Positions 36,440 through 49,530 of a stretch of DNA of 64,000 nucleotides are shown piece by piece. A model generated the notes under the pieces. It saw only the letters and a program-made list of their open reading frames with translations, ran no database searches and was not told where the DNA came from. Origin of the DNA: Marsupella aquatica. Its lineage: Eukaryota > Plantae > Marchantiophyta. A program made the position numbers and the translations under genes. Every line of letters starts with the position of its first letter. Position 1 is the stretch's first letter. The DNA lies in the NCBI GenBank assembly GCA_973895155.1, contig OZ316893.1, positions 7,340,963 through 7,404,962 of the forward strand. The letters are read 5' to 3'.

Positions 36440-39240
36440 GATTACTTTAGGGACATGTATTATACGTTCATCGTATGTGAACGTATGTTTTGTAATGACA
36501 TGTTCTTTTTATATTGTTAATAATATGTTTCGAGCACTACTATATTTGGAGTTAATTTCATTGTGAATACTTTATTGTATTGTCTATAGAATGTGCGGCC
36601 TAGTCAAGATATGTTGCCAAGGAGGTTGAGAGCTACATATCAAGAAATGGGCTTGCCACAAGACGGGGAAACATCATCAGCAGATTCCTCATCAAGTGAC
36701 AATGATAATGACAGTCTAGATGAAGGGGCACCTCGGATAGATTATGAGGTCATGCAAGACCAAGAGTCAGCCATGGATGACTTCATGACAGATTGGTTTG
36801 GTGTAGACACTGGTGGTGAAGGAGGTGTCCCACCCAATGAAGGAGATCCTCCACCAAATGTTGCACATGATCCAAGGCCTCAACGTACACCTGAAGGACA
36901 AAAACAATGGGAAGAAGCTGAGGCACATGCTAGAACACCTATTTATGGGGGTGCTCGTTTGAATAGACTATCTGCCATCTTGGCATTGATGAATCTTCAG
37001 GCAAAACACAAGGCAAGCAATGCGCTATTATCGGATTTGTTTGCAATTTGCCATGATGTCTTGTTACCCAGTGAAAATGTGTTGCCAGGAACTTGGAAGG
37101 AGGCAAAGAGGGTTCTATCATCCATTGGCATGGAATATCATATCATTCATGTTTGTGTGAATGACTGCATTCTCTATAATGTCAGCGCAACTGAGTGTCC
37201 AATTTGTCAAGAGCCTCGATATGAAACCAACATGTTGACCTCAAAGGTGCCTAGAAAAGTTGTTCGTTGGTTTCCTATTATTCCTCGATTGTTGCACATG
37301 TACCGATGTTCTGACTTGGCAAAATTGATGGTATGGCATAAGACACATCGATCAGAGGCCGGTGTCATGCGGTTGCCAGTTGATTTCCCTGCTCACAAGC
37401 ATGTGGAGTCACAATGGCCAGAGTTTGCACGTGACCCTCGTCATGTGAGGTTGGGGTTGGCATCAGATGGGGTGAGCCCACACTCCCTTGGAGGGAAAGG
37501 GCGCCCTACTTCGGTTTGGCCGGTGGTTGTTATGAATTACAACCTTCCCCCATGGTTGTCCATGAAAAATGGATTCTTATTGCTATCATTGATTATCCCA
37601 GGTCCATCTAAGGTAAAAAACATGGACACCTACTTGGCGCTCTTGGTTGGGGAACTCCATAAATTATGGGGGGGTGTATGGGCATATGATGGTCGGACAA
37701 CTACAAGAGGGTTACCACGTGTCTTCCAATTGAAGGGAATCATTATGTGGACCATGCATGACTATCCAGGTGAGTGGTATGGATTTGTATTTTTTTCATG
37801 TATTGGAGATCAAGTTTGTTTGGAAGGAAGTCCCTCTTTAATTCTATGTACATGAACTTTTCAATTCCTTTGACTCTAATTGAGAATGTTATTTTGTGAG
37901 CAGGGTTTGGGTTTGTTTCTGGGTTCCAAACTCAAGGGTACAAGGCATGCTCCACTTGTGGTCCAAGCCTTCACGATATGGCCAAGTACTCAAAATGGCT
38001 GCACAAGATAATCTACCTTGGTCATACCAAGTTTCTTCCACTTGGGCATCACATGAGGTCTGACCCCCTTTTGTTTTCAGACTTTGACATGATCAATGGT
38101 GATGAGCGTGAGATACCTGACCGCACAACATTTTTGTATTGGAAATCCATAGGTGATAGGGTGGCAGACCCTGAAGATGCCATGGGATTTGATGGTAGTG
38201 GATTGACAAGGTGGAGTATACTGGCCACTTTGCCCTATTGGCCTGAGTTGAAGATTCATCACTTGTTAGACCCCATGCATATAGAGGGAAATGTTGGGAA
38301 GGCTTTGATCAAGCACTTTTATGGGGAAAAGAATATTAATTTTAGGGAGGCATGCCAGGATCTAGAACGACATCCGATCCAGATGTATGGATAATAGTTG
38401 ATGAATCCACAGGGATGGAACATCGTCCTTCAGCTCCATGGGTTTTGAGTGTTGGTGAAAGAAGAGAGTTTTGACAACGCATAGGGCAGATGCGGTTTCC
38501 TACAGGCTATGGTGCCAATCTACGTAAGGCTTTTGGGATGGAGGACAGTCATAAATGGCCAATGTATCTCAAGACACATGACTATCATCGTTTACTACAA
38601 CATATACTTCCTGTGGCAATCATAGGTTTGGGGAGTGAAGAAGTGCAAGACGCCCTTTGGTCACTGGGCACTTTGTTGAGATGGATATGCTCAAAGGAAA
38701 TATATGAAGAAGAGATACCACGGATGGAGGTATTGGCAGCAGAGGTGGTATGCAAGTTGGAGAAGGCCCTCCCTCCTTCCTTCTTTGATTGTCAGGTGCA
38801 TCTTCTCGTTCATCTTGTGAGGGAGGTTGCCATTGCCGGTCCGGTGCATTGTAGGTGGATGTATTGGCTGGAAAGGTATATGGCCATGTTAAAGGCTTAT
38901 GTACGGAACCGTGCACGAGTGGAGGGGAGCATGGCAACTGGATACTTGGCAGTTGAGAGTATGTTTTATTGTAGTAACATCTTAGCTACCATTGATCCTA
39001 GTTGTCCACACACTTGGATGGAAGAGAGGGAAGTGGAGGAGGACCGTTTAACAGGTGCAAAAAAAAACGCTTACCGCAGTGGAGTTGACACAGGTTAGTA
39101 CTTTCATGTTGAGTAACAGCAATGTGATGGAAGATTGGAGAGAGTTTTATGAGGATGCAAAGAGGGAGAGTCATCGCCCAAGGATCTTTCCAAAGTTCCT
39201 TGAGTATATGAAGGAGAAAGCACTTCAGTTGGATGCTATG

Positions 39241-39594
39241 GGTGGATTGCATGATTGAGGACTACCAAAGGAGGCAAAAAGTCTCCAGTCCTCTCACTAA
39301 TCTAAAGGACTGCCAACGGCCAAGATTAGCACATCTTAGGTAAAAAAGGCTTCATGACACACTTCCACAAATGTTGGGCACACTTCCAAGAGGTAAGGAC
39401 TTCCGAAAAGTGTGGACACACTTCCAAAAGACTTGGCATGCAAGATCTAACCTTTCAATCTCAACTACTCAATCCTAGCCATCAAGGGATATATGGCACA
39501 TTCAGTGCTCATGGACTCCTATTAAGTGCTCATGGAGTCCTTTCTTATGGAGAAAAAAGGACTAAAATGGTAGTCCTCAGTCATGCAATCCACC
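39241..39594. mobile_element. MITE, GGT..ACC termini, 354 bp, 4-bp TSD TATG
   Basis: 27-bp TIR GGTGGATTGCATGAYTGAGGACTACCA. TATG at 39237-39240 and 39595-39598. Excision restores LDAMVAQGEN. Confidence 0.92.
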
Positions 39595-40129
39595 TATGGT
39601 GGCCCAAGGTGAGAATGTATCACATTTTCCAGATATGACTCCTGAGGTTCGAACAATTGTTCATGGTCCTTTAAGACTTGTTCAGACCAGAACAGCAATG
39701 TGGACACAAGGGAGGCATTTCAGGATTTCTGACCTTGATGAGAAGAGGGGAAGAACTTTTGATTGTGGAGTTCAAGTGCAGTTCATGCAAGATTCACAAA
39801 GTAGCCGTCATGACACTAATGTGATCAGAGATGTGGTGCCTCACTATGGGAAGATTGAGGAGATCTTGATCATATCCTATGATGCCGATTCCAAATTTGA
39901 AGAGTATGTCTTCAAGTGTAAGTGGTTCAAAATTCACCTGGTTGGTGATAATCACACGGTACTTCTTGATGAGTGTGGGTTTACTCGACTGAAGACATCA
40001 GCAACTAGCTTTCAACCATCTCATTGGCAAACATCTGAACCATTTACATTCCCAAGTCACCTTGAGCAATGTTTCTATATTCCGTACCCACCAGACCCAG
40101 AGTGGTCAGTTGTTATACCGTATGTGCCA

Positions 40130-41401
40130 AACACGTTGACGGACCAAACGAGAAGTGTGACAGGCTTCTCGTTTGGGCCACCCCAAATTTTTTATAAGTG
40201 TAAAACACAACGTGATACAAATCAAGATTTCCTACAAAATCAAACATTTCAAAGCAAAAAAACAAAACATCCCAAATTTGGACTAGTGAATGTCATAAAA
40301 TGAAGAAGTACGACATTTTGTATCATCAATTTCTATGGAGGCAATACAAAATATGATACAGAGTATCATATTTTACATTCCTTAACAACTAGACTTCAAA
40401 GCATGGCATACCCAATAGGGCATATTCCAAAAAGATACCAACTGTGGTCAAGTTAACCCAAGAAGAATCCTACTATGGTAAAAGTAGGTGTTTTTGAGAT
40501 GAGTTTTATTGTGTCCGCAAGAGTTTTGATCTGCGTATCACGATTGTTCTTCCCCTCAAGGTTTTAGAGATGAGAAAAACTTTTAAGCAATTTTTGAGGA
40601 TAGTGTTTTAAGTTTGAGAACATTGGTGATCCATGGATCACAGATGGAATTCCCCTCATTATTTTATGGGTTTAAAAATGGATCATGCTTTTAACGGTTA
40701 GTTTTGTGTATGGACAGTAACCCATGATCCATGGATCATGATTGGGATTAGGTTTGTTGGTTTTAACAGTGCAACAATATTGGTCCATAATTGCGGGGGT
40801 ACAATTGATGTGTCTTAGTTAGCTTAACCAGTTCTGAGTTAAAGTAAATGACTGTGGGCTTAATTACGCAGTTACGTGGTAGCTCCCTAAACCTTGGCTT
40901 GACCTGATAGTCAAATTTGGAGTTTTGCGTGAATTTAAATTTATAAATTGTTGTCATTATTTTCATTATCGCGTCAAACAACATTTGGGGGGGTTGCGCT
41001 GGCCAATTCCTCCACTGCATCCAAAATGTGATACATGGTATCACTTTTGGCATGTTAAAAGTTGAGTGCACTTTCTCTAATCATAAAAATTTTGATTTTT
41101 GTCAAAATCTTGAGTTTGGAAACCATTGCAAAAATTTATCTAACACAATTTGTTTTTCCAAATATGAGGATTCTCGTCTCTAATCTCTCACTAAAGATGA
41201 CATCCAGATTTTTAATCTCATGATCATTAGTTTAGCTCCAAAAACATCAATGGACGCAATGCAAAAACTGATCCATTTTCCAATTATTTTCAAAAAAGTT
41301 GATTTTGACCAAAAACTTCATTTTGTATCACCATTTTTTGCACAAACTGAACAGGTTTCTCGTTTGGTGGTCACACTTCTCGTTTGGTCCGTCAATGTGT
41401 T
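40130..41401. mobile_element. Non-autonomous TIR element, AACAC..GTGTT termini, 4-bp TSD GCCA
   Basis: 32-bp TIR AACACRTTGACGGACCAAACGAGAAGTGTGAC. GCCA at 40126-40129 and 41402-41405. Excision restores PYVPRSCSII. Confidence 0.92.
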
Positions 41402-42413
41402 GCCACGGTCTTGTTCCATTATCTCAGAAAAACCTGACATTATTATTGTGTCAAATGGAGGAGAGGATGAGGACCAGGTTTGATGCACTAGTAGTAAAAC
41501 TTGTTGTGGGCCCAGAATTTGACCCTAAACTAACTATCATGGTTTTATTTATATTAACATATTAATTTTCTTCTTTTGTTTTACAAACACTTAATTGGAC
41601 TTTGAAATTTCATCTCACTATTATATATGCAACCCTAGCCGTTTCCAAAGCTATCCTCATGCATGCCACCTTTTTGAAAACCCTAGCTGTAACCTAAACA
41701 CATGCATTCTCCATCTTGTAAAAAAACTCTCTCAAACATTTCCATTCTACAAACTTTTCAAACAACTCTCTTTGCAAAACATTTTCAAGCTTGTCAAGAA
41801 GCAACTTCTGAACACTTTGTGAATAACACACCATCGGTAATTGTGATGTCAATGGGTTCTCAACTTTGTGAATCAACTGGCTTCGATAACTTTTGACTAT
41901 TTATACTTCACAATATTGTGCGAAGCTAATAGGTTCACGAGATATATTTGAGTACATTATTATCGCTAAATTATGAAACAAAAGAGATCCAAATGCAGTC
42001 GCGAGTCGCGGATCCACAAATACTTTGCAAGACGAATAGTATCTGAAAGAGTTGCGAATTCAATCCGATCTCAAACAAATTGCGAGGTATTTAGCTTCGC
42101 AACACTATGTTGCGAACCTTTGAGCATGGTTTATTGTGATGCGTGTTTGATCACAAAATATCTGAAGTCGATGACATCGCAAGACCATCCCGGCGTAAAA
42201 ACAAAGCTTCGCAAAAGGGGCCAATATGTAGTAGTAGTAGGACCTGAAAGCATTTGAAATAGAGTTAGACTTGAGATGATCTTTCAATAAGTTGTACATA
42301 ACATTTCAAACTTTTAGTATTTGAGAACAAATGATCAGATTTGCATTGATTTAGAATTAATTTCAAACAAGACATGACCAAAACTGTCAAGAAAGAGAAT
42401 TAAAAATACATAC

Positions 42414-43147
42414 ATGCTCCATTGAGCTTGTCCATCCTCTTTTGTTCGCCTTCCTTTGCAGCATCTCCATTTTGAAGCAAAGGTCGCACTCCAACAGACA
42501 CAAGCCAGTCTTTGTGGAAATTCTTTCCACAAGAAGGAACTTTACAATGCAAAGCTTGTTTGGCATGTGAAAACATACAAATCATGTGATATGTATGTCC
42601 ACAACTGGCCACCAAAATGTCATTCAACTTAAAACCATGTCCACAAACAGGACAGTCATTGACTTCAATGAGCGGATTACAACCAGAGACATAAGATACT
42701 TCACTGTTGTAGTCAAGGCAGCGAACTACAGGTTGAGGATAAAAGCAACTTCCACCTCCCTCTTTCATCTGTGTAAACTGCTGATCAACAAGGAGAATCT
42801 GGGCCATTATATCTTGTACTTTTTGTTTCTTGGCAGCAAGTGTAGCGAGAGAAACAATGACCTTACTGCTAGTTGTCTCACACTCCTTACGGCTGATGTT
42901 GAGCATGCTTAATGCAATCTCGTCACTCTTTGTGGCCCATTCTAGCTTTTGTTGGACTTCACGGATCTCAGAAGGTGCTGAAACAATGCTAGAGGAATCT
43001 ATGTTTAGTAGCGTTTGAAAACAGTCATTCTCACAAATTTCTCCATCTCCAGCAAGTCCTGGTAAATCTCCTTGAAGTCCATGTTTTGTTATCAAATGAT
43101 TCAGTTCTCTCACTAGTTCTAGTCTATGAGATTCAGAATCAAGATAG
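42414..43147 (-). pseudogene. Coiled-coil + RING-finger segment of the disrupted gene
   Basis: CPVC-x13-CGHTYHMIC-x10-CKVPSC RING-H2-like pattern; GTATGT donor at 42413. Confidence 0.75.
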
Positions 43148-44917
43148 TGTAGTATCACACTAGGGACATAAATAAACATCTAAGATCCAAAACTCGGTAT
43201 TCGTTCCCATGGAAGAACATGTAAGGAATGATTTTCTATGATTTAGCACTTATGAATGAATAAGGTAACAAAAACACAAAGTTGAGCCTTTTACTATGGT
43301 TGCTCAGCAAGGCATAGTTTTAAATGTCTGCTTGACATTGTAAATAAAATTAACAAATAGAAACAATTAATAAAACACAATGAAAATCTTGAGGTATGGT
43401 GAGGGAGTTAGGAAACAACCAAGGTGACTCCTCAACATAACTTCATTTGAGATGATTTAAGGTATTGAACTTGTAAGAACATTTCTGGAATGAAATACTT
43501 TACTGGGATGGTTGTTAGGGTGCCGTCTACACATCCGAACCTTTCCTTCCGAGGTACTAAGTTAAGATTAACAACCAATCACTTCAGCATCCAATCGATA
43601 CTTTGTGTCACAAATATCAAGCACCATCATCAACAACTTAAAGTCATAAGTAATTGGGTGATAACATTCTTTGCACCTCGTGCACAAGCAATGTTATGCC
43701 AAAAACATATGCATCAAGAACTCAAGAATGTATAGCCTTCACCAATTAAGGAATCTATCTCCACACATTCAAAAGATTCGTCAATCACAAAGTTTTACTT
43801 CTCTGGTCTGAAATCTCAATCATTCAAATACAAGGAAGGGGAAGAAATCATTTGTATTAAGTACTCATCAACAACATAGAGTGCTTGCTACAAATGGAGG
43901 TAACAAAGTTGCAGACTTGCAACTGAGCGCTCATGAAATTTCTTCACACATAAAGTGACATAAACTCAACTACATATAGGGTGGCAGGAACTAAAGGGGA
44001 AAAGAGAGAATGAAAGGACATGCCCTTCCTAATCTCAAGGGTCAGGGGTAAAAGTAAAATAATAAAATCGTACTACAGAAGTACCCAAGGTTTAGTGAAA
44101 TGTTCCTGGAATGAAAAGCTAACTAAAAGACATTTCAGGTGTTAACTATTGTAAAAGGGAATTTGGGGTAAAACTAATGAATAGGGGTTTTATCCAAATT
44201 TTAATTTCTAAACTAAAAGTCATAAAAAGGTGAGACTTTGCTGAAGTGGTCTCTGATGTATATTCTTCATGCTGACAAAATATGAGACTTTTCTGAGGTG
44301 CCTAAGTGTCTCAATAAAATAGGTAAAAGTGTTAAAAATGTTACAAAAAACGAAAACCGAAAAATTTTCCAAGTGCTGGGCGCATGCGCGCATAAGTTCA
44401 TAGGCGCATAAGCGCATTAGTGCTTTCGCGTCTATGAAGAAAACAACAAAACTAAAATATTTTTAACTTTCAAGCCACAGGTCGGTTTGAGTTGAGATTT
44501 TCAAGGTAGATTCTACTACATAAGGACTATCTCCTGGAAAAGTATGAGACTTTTCTGACTACTTTACCTATTTAACTAAAATTGCGTAAATCTATATGAC
44601 TTAACTATGGTCGCAGTAGAGCTAATCTTGTTGGAGTAGCGCCGTGGAATCTGGTTGCTGAGCTCTGGTGTAGGTGTTGGTCTGAATAGCTTCTCGAATT
44701 ACATCCATATCCTGAGTGTGATGCCGATAGAAAGGTAAGGACTTCCGCTGTTGTTCAAGATCAAGTACAGGAAGAAGCCTCCGATGTAGCATGGTATTAG
44801 GTAAAGTGTCCAGTCGATCTAAATGGTTACAAAAGGTAGCTATACTGCACCTTTGACTTAGAAAAAGTTCAAAATTTATAATTTTTCTATCATTTTTAAC
44901 TAATGTACTATATTACA
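43148..44917. mobile_element. 1.77-kb insertion with TGTAGTAT..ATATTACA ends (probable solo LTR)
   Basis: TG..CA termini with a short inverted repeat. 4-bp TSD ATAG (43144-43147 / 44918-44921). Removal restores GREKVYLDSES. Confidence 0.8.
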
Positions 44918-45364
44918 ATAGACTTTCTCTCGACCTTCTAACTGCATTTTGGACACCTGCAAAGTTGCCACATCAGTTGTGTACTGTTCTTGAGACTCTA
45001 GAACATTTTTCCTTGCCACGAGCAAAAACATCTTCAAGGTTGTTGATAAATCACCAACTCGAGAAATTTCTTCTTCTTTCCAATCTGGAATCTTGGGTAG
45101 GCTGATCCGAGTTGGACCTCCTAAGCAGCTGATCTTCAATGGGATAATTGGCATGCTAGAATCGCCACTCTCCAATTTCACACGTGAAGGGCGCCTTGTG
45201 CCGCGAGTACCACATTTTCCAATTGCAAGCTGCTGTCCACTTTTAGACTCTTCTTGGCCTACTGTACCTTGCTCTTTTCGTTCACGATTCAATGCCTTGG
45301 TTGTCTTCAGGTCAGTTGCATACCTATGACTATGCACAACATATTTTGCCCAATCCAAAGCTTG
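44918..45364 (-). pseudogene. Middle segment of the disrupted RING gene
   Basis: DWAKYVVHSHRY...LEGREKV joins in frame to both neighbouring segments once the insertions are removed. Confidence 0.75.
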
Positions 45365-45685
45365 AACAAGAAGCCTTAAAGGATGGGTCTAAGGCCTTAA
45401 TTCCTTTTTCCAAAAAATTATGATTTTTAGAAATGTAGTCCTAAAACAAGCAATAAAATCAGCATATTTGTTTGACATTCACCCTTTGCATTTTAAACTA
45501 GACTTTACATCAATGTTTGAGACAAAACATATTCAAAACTTGATTTTCATAGAATTGACCTGTCAAAAACAATCATTTATATCATAGTCTAGGCTCCAAG
45601 GCCATTGACATCTCAAAACTTGCAAGTAAAGTCTACTTCTATGCAACTAAAACAACCCTAAAAAGTCTTACAGAAATATCCTCAG

Positions 45686-46824
45686 CTAATCATCTCTTGT
45701 TTCCTCAACACTTCCAACAACTCCTGAAGAGTCAAGTCCTATGATTTCCTCCTCTCCAACTCCTATCTCTAGTATTGGTAGAATGGTCTCTTGAACATCA
45801 ACATCTAAATCCACCATGCCTTTGCCATCATCTTCCTCAATGTTGTCCACCAGGTTTAGAATTCTCCCTTTCAAGACACTACTCTGGCGTTCATCAATTT
45901 CTATAGCAACACAATGTCTTCCTTGTGCCAAAGAGGAAGACAATCCTGTGCCTGACCCTGAACAAATATCTAGCACCCAGTCTCCAACCTGGCTAAAGTG
46001 GGTAACTTCCCAATCCAATAACACTCTTGGCTTCTGGTAAAAGTTCACCATCTTATTGTCCCCGTTGTGTTTCAACTTATTGGTCACAGCTGGACACACA
46101 ACCACATTATTTCGAGACTCATTAGTCTCAAAATTGAAATGCTCCAAAGACCGTTTCCCATCCTGACTATGAAAGCCAATGGTGAAACACTCAAAATTGC
46201 TGTTAAGCCTTGCACCTCCTGCATTCTTAACATTGTCTTTCACCCTGCAAAAACCAAAACTTGCATTATGGATTTGTTTCAAAATCAAACATCGTGAAAT
46301 CATGAACACCAAAAAAACATATTCACCTTTTGAAATGTTTCTTACCAAATACAATTCTGGAAACCACCATTACACTCAGCTTTCAAGACAGTCTTGACAG
46401 CATCATACTGGTCAATACTATGATGAATGATAATTCGCCAAAGATTTGCCTTGGTGACAACCTTGAAGGACTGAACCATCTTGGTCACCTCTTCCACACC
46501 CCATCCAACATTGTCTTCGTGAAGACAAGCAGTCATTCCAAACCCATAAGGAATATCTGCCAAAGCCAATGTGTAAGCTCGTGATGGGATTACCTCGTGC
46601 AACCTTTGAGCATCGTGTGTAAAGATATCATAGTACACATCCCCAAACTGTGGATGCTCAAAAGCATTAGGATGAAGTTCACTTCCCTGGGTCTCTTGGC
46701 AAGATTTCTTCATTGCCAACCAGTTCTGTGCTTGTGCAATATGTGCATTGAACTTATCTGGGAAGGACTTCAACTCTTTGCTTTCTTCATTCTCTCCCTT
46801 CTTTTTCCGGGAGCTGCTGTCTTT
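45686..46824 (-). CDS. Beta-class amino-DNA methyltransferase domain (N6-adenine/N4-cytosine type), two exons
   Basis: Catalytic motif IV LALADIPY. CIWVKDN..FE formed across a GT-AG intron (46245-46345). FYQKP, then the SAM motif VLDICSGSGT and GRHCVAIEID. Catalytic-before-SAM order indicates beta class. Confidence 0.88.
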
Positions 46825-46914
46825 CTGAGAAAACAAAATTGGGTACATGAGATTCCTACATACTTAAGAATAAAACTATAAAACAAATGCTCAGTCAATC
46901 TCAAATAAACTTAC

Positions 46915-48739
46915 CCAAGTCTGGAAGACAGGAACAAAATTCTTCAGCACATTATCAGTGCAGTGTTCTGGGTACTTGGTTTTGCAATTCTTCCAACTCT
47001 CTTCGTGAAGACAGGTAAGAAAGGCTTTTTGAACTTGCATTTGGAATTTGTGTCGTTGAAATTCCTGTCCCATCGCTTGAAGAGATAATTCCTTTGCCAA
47101 AACCCTTTGTAGCACTGGACAGATCAGGTCTGGATCTTTCAATGCCTGCATGTGTCTCCACTCAGTCAACTTCATATCCTCACATAGCATTTTAGCATCT
47201 CCAGACTTGGACATCTTTTTCTTGGTCTTATCTCCTTTCTGTCCTTTTATCTCACAATTCTCCCATCTGTCAAAGATCTGCCGTATGAAAGACCAAACAA
47301 GATCCTTACGAAATGCCAACTGAAATAAATTATCATTGGCATTCAGAACCTCAGAATCTTTACGTACACCCTAGTCCTTTAGATTGATTTCAGTGGCACA
47401 CTCCTTCTTGAAATCAACATTTGATGATGATCCATTCTCTACAAATCGCATGTGAATGTAATTCACTCTTTGGATGGTGCTCATTTGTTGACAAAATTCA
47501 GAGTCTATATTATGACTCCAAGCTAAGTTCCTTGCTTCCTGGATAGACAGACCTACAAAGATCCAAGATTGCACTCTCCTGTACGACTTGTTGTTGGGAA
47601 ATTGTAATGCTAGGTCTGCCTTTGCACAAGCAGAATGATTTCCCCCAATCACGTAATAGTGGTAATCATTCTTTTTTGAGAAATCAAAATCAGCTCGAGT
47701 TGGGCACTCCTTGGGATCAACCAAGAGAACAAAAGGTGCTGCCAATGGACTAGCTCCAGCTGCTTTCATCCTTGTTGTCAACTGTGTAAGAAAGTAGGGC
47801 TGGATATGCCTTACTTGGTACACTGGCAACTCCAAAGATTTCTCCCGAACAGGTGGGTGAAGTTGTGCAATGTCAATTGTGATTGTCTCCTCTTGAACTC
47901 CACACCTCATCAAAATCCCTTCCTGGTACACCACCCGAGCATCCATAGACATAGATTGAGCCTTCTGCTCCAGATGAGTGGGGACTTTTTCTAACGTCTG
48001 CTTCTTGGATTTTGGTGGACTTGGTCTTGCACCTTGAGAACCCTCTGGTCCACGTTTCTTTGATGAAGTCCGAGTACCGGCAGTGCCCTATGCTGATCCT
48101 CCAGTCACAGTTGTCCCCTCTTGTGATCTTGCAATTTGTGAACCAGCACCAGATATTGGAGATGTAACAACCATCTTTCTTGCTGGGACAGAACTCGGAC
48201 GAGATCCGGAAGGAGCAGAAGAAGGACCAGACTTTGGTGGACGGGCACTGGCACTCTTCTCTGCTGCTTTTCGAAGAATCTCCCTAGACTTTCAAATTGC
48301 ACTCTTCAATGTGCTGGCATGATGTTCAAACACAAAACCAGCAATGAGCTCTGCAATCTCATTGTAGCTTTCTTCTGCAGACAGATTCTTCACCTTCTCA
48401 ATAATCATCTCAATGTCATCAGGCAAGTAACAATGCGCAGCTCTTCCAGAAAATCTCTCACTATCAACTGCAATCAGTGTAGATGTCTCCTTTGTTGTGA
48501 TAAGCATATTGAGGACATCAGCCCCTCGTCGAAAGACATCAATCCGGCCATAATTCACCCAACCAAGACCTCCAGAAGGCAAGGTCTCGTAGATGCACAA
48601 CATCAAAAAAGGCTTCTTCCACGATTCTGTACCCAATGATATTGTCCAGGAAGAGTTTCCAAAATCTGTCAATGGATGCTCAACGAAAATAGCGTCTAAC
48701 ACCTTCTCCTGTGATTTTGGTTCAACCATTCTGACTTCC
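46915..48739 (-). pseudogene. N-terminal exon of the same gene with a ParB/Sulfiredoxin-like domain; three in-frame stops
   Basis: ORFs 48292-48729, 47371-47952 and 46891-47319 share one frame. IDIAQLHPP..YQVR..PFVLLV..YYVIGGNHSACA..AWSHN resembles ParB-N (IxxGxHR). GTAAGT donor at 46914, acceptor at 46825. Confidence 0.7.
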
Positions 48740-48999
48740 TGAAATCAAGTCCAACAATGCAAAGTCAGCTCTGTTTGTTTTTCAAGTTCAGTTGTAGAAT
48801 TCAGGTTCATGATTTCATGAAGCAAGGTTCTTACCTTGACAGTGTGAGTCGGAAGTTGAATTTGCAGCGCCTGAGCCTAGACGGTTGTTCCCTCTTAGAA
48901 GAGTGTCACTGGTATTTTTCTCCCTGATTTTGGCTTAGCTTATGTCCTTCACCTCCCTGGCAGATGCTCGAGCTGATCGACCCCTCCCCACTTACTGTC

Positions 49000-49530
49000 G
49001 TTTGCAATGTCCTCCCCGATTTGGACCTCGTCTCTTCGTCAATGGACCTCCCCTGGCCCTTCGACAGTTTCTCCTCCCCCGGCCTTCGCCAATTTCTTCC
49101 TCCCCTGGCGCTTCGACTATTTCCCCTCCCCCAACCTTTGACGCTCGCGCCCCTTGCCTCGACAATTTTTCTTCCCCCCGCGCCTCGACAATTTTTCTTC
49201 CCCCCTCGCTCGCGCCTCGACACTTTTTCTTCCCCCCGGCCTCGACACTTTTTCCTCCCCCCGCGCCTCGACACTATTTCCTCTCCCAGGCCTTTGCCAA
49301 TTTTTCCTCCCCGAGGCCGGCGCTTCTTCCCCGCGCCCCTGGCTGCGCCTTGACAATTTTTCCCCTCCCCTCGGCCGGCGCTTCTTCCTCGCGCCCCCGG
49401 CTGCGCCTCGACAATTTTTCCTCCCCCCGGCCTTTGCCAATTTTGCCTCCCTTCCTTGGCCTTCAAGAATTTCTCCCCCCTCCCCCGAATTTTTCCAATT
49501 TCCCCCCAGGCCTGAGACAATCCCCTTCCC
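49000..49530. repeat. Pyrimidine-rich degenerate minisatellite between the divergent genes
   Basis: Repeated GCGCCTCGACAMTTTTTCTTCCCC-like units of about 25-30 bp. Confidence 0.8.

Larger units (their letters stand above)
36590..41483 (+). pseudogene. CACTA TnpD transposase (Transposase_21, DUF4218- and DUF4216-like regions), disabled
   Basis: FARDPRHVRLGLASDG, YNLPPW, WTMHDYPG, LDPMHIEGN, LKTHDYH, WMYWLERYM motifs. GT-AG intron 37770-37903, frameshifts and a stop, two MITE insertions whose removal restores the frame. Confidence 0.93.
3002..42236 (+). mobile_element. CACTA (EnSpm) DNA transposon with nested insertions
   Basis: Left end CACTACAACACTATCGGCTGGTTTTGCGAAG (3002-3032). Right end reverse complement TACTACTACATATTGGCCCCTTTTGCGAAG (42207-42236; terminal base mutated). 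3-bp TSD GTA at 2999-3001 and 42237-42239. Dense TCGCA/TGCGA subterminal motifs at both ends. Internal TnpD transposase. Confidence 0.85.

Noticed and set aside
45686-47952. Bacterial contamination or a restriction-modification system
   Set aside because: The gene has GT-AG introns, lies inside TIRs and a TSD in a plant TE nest, and has no adjacent endonuclease gene.
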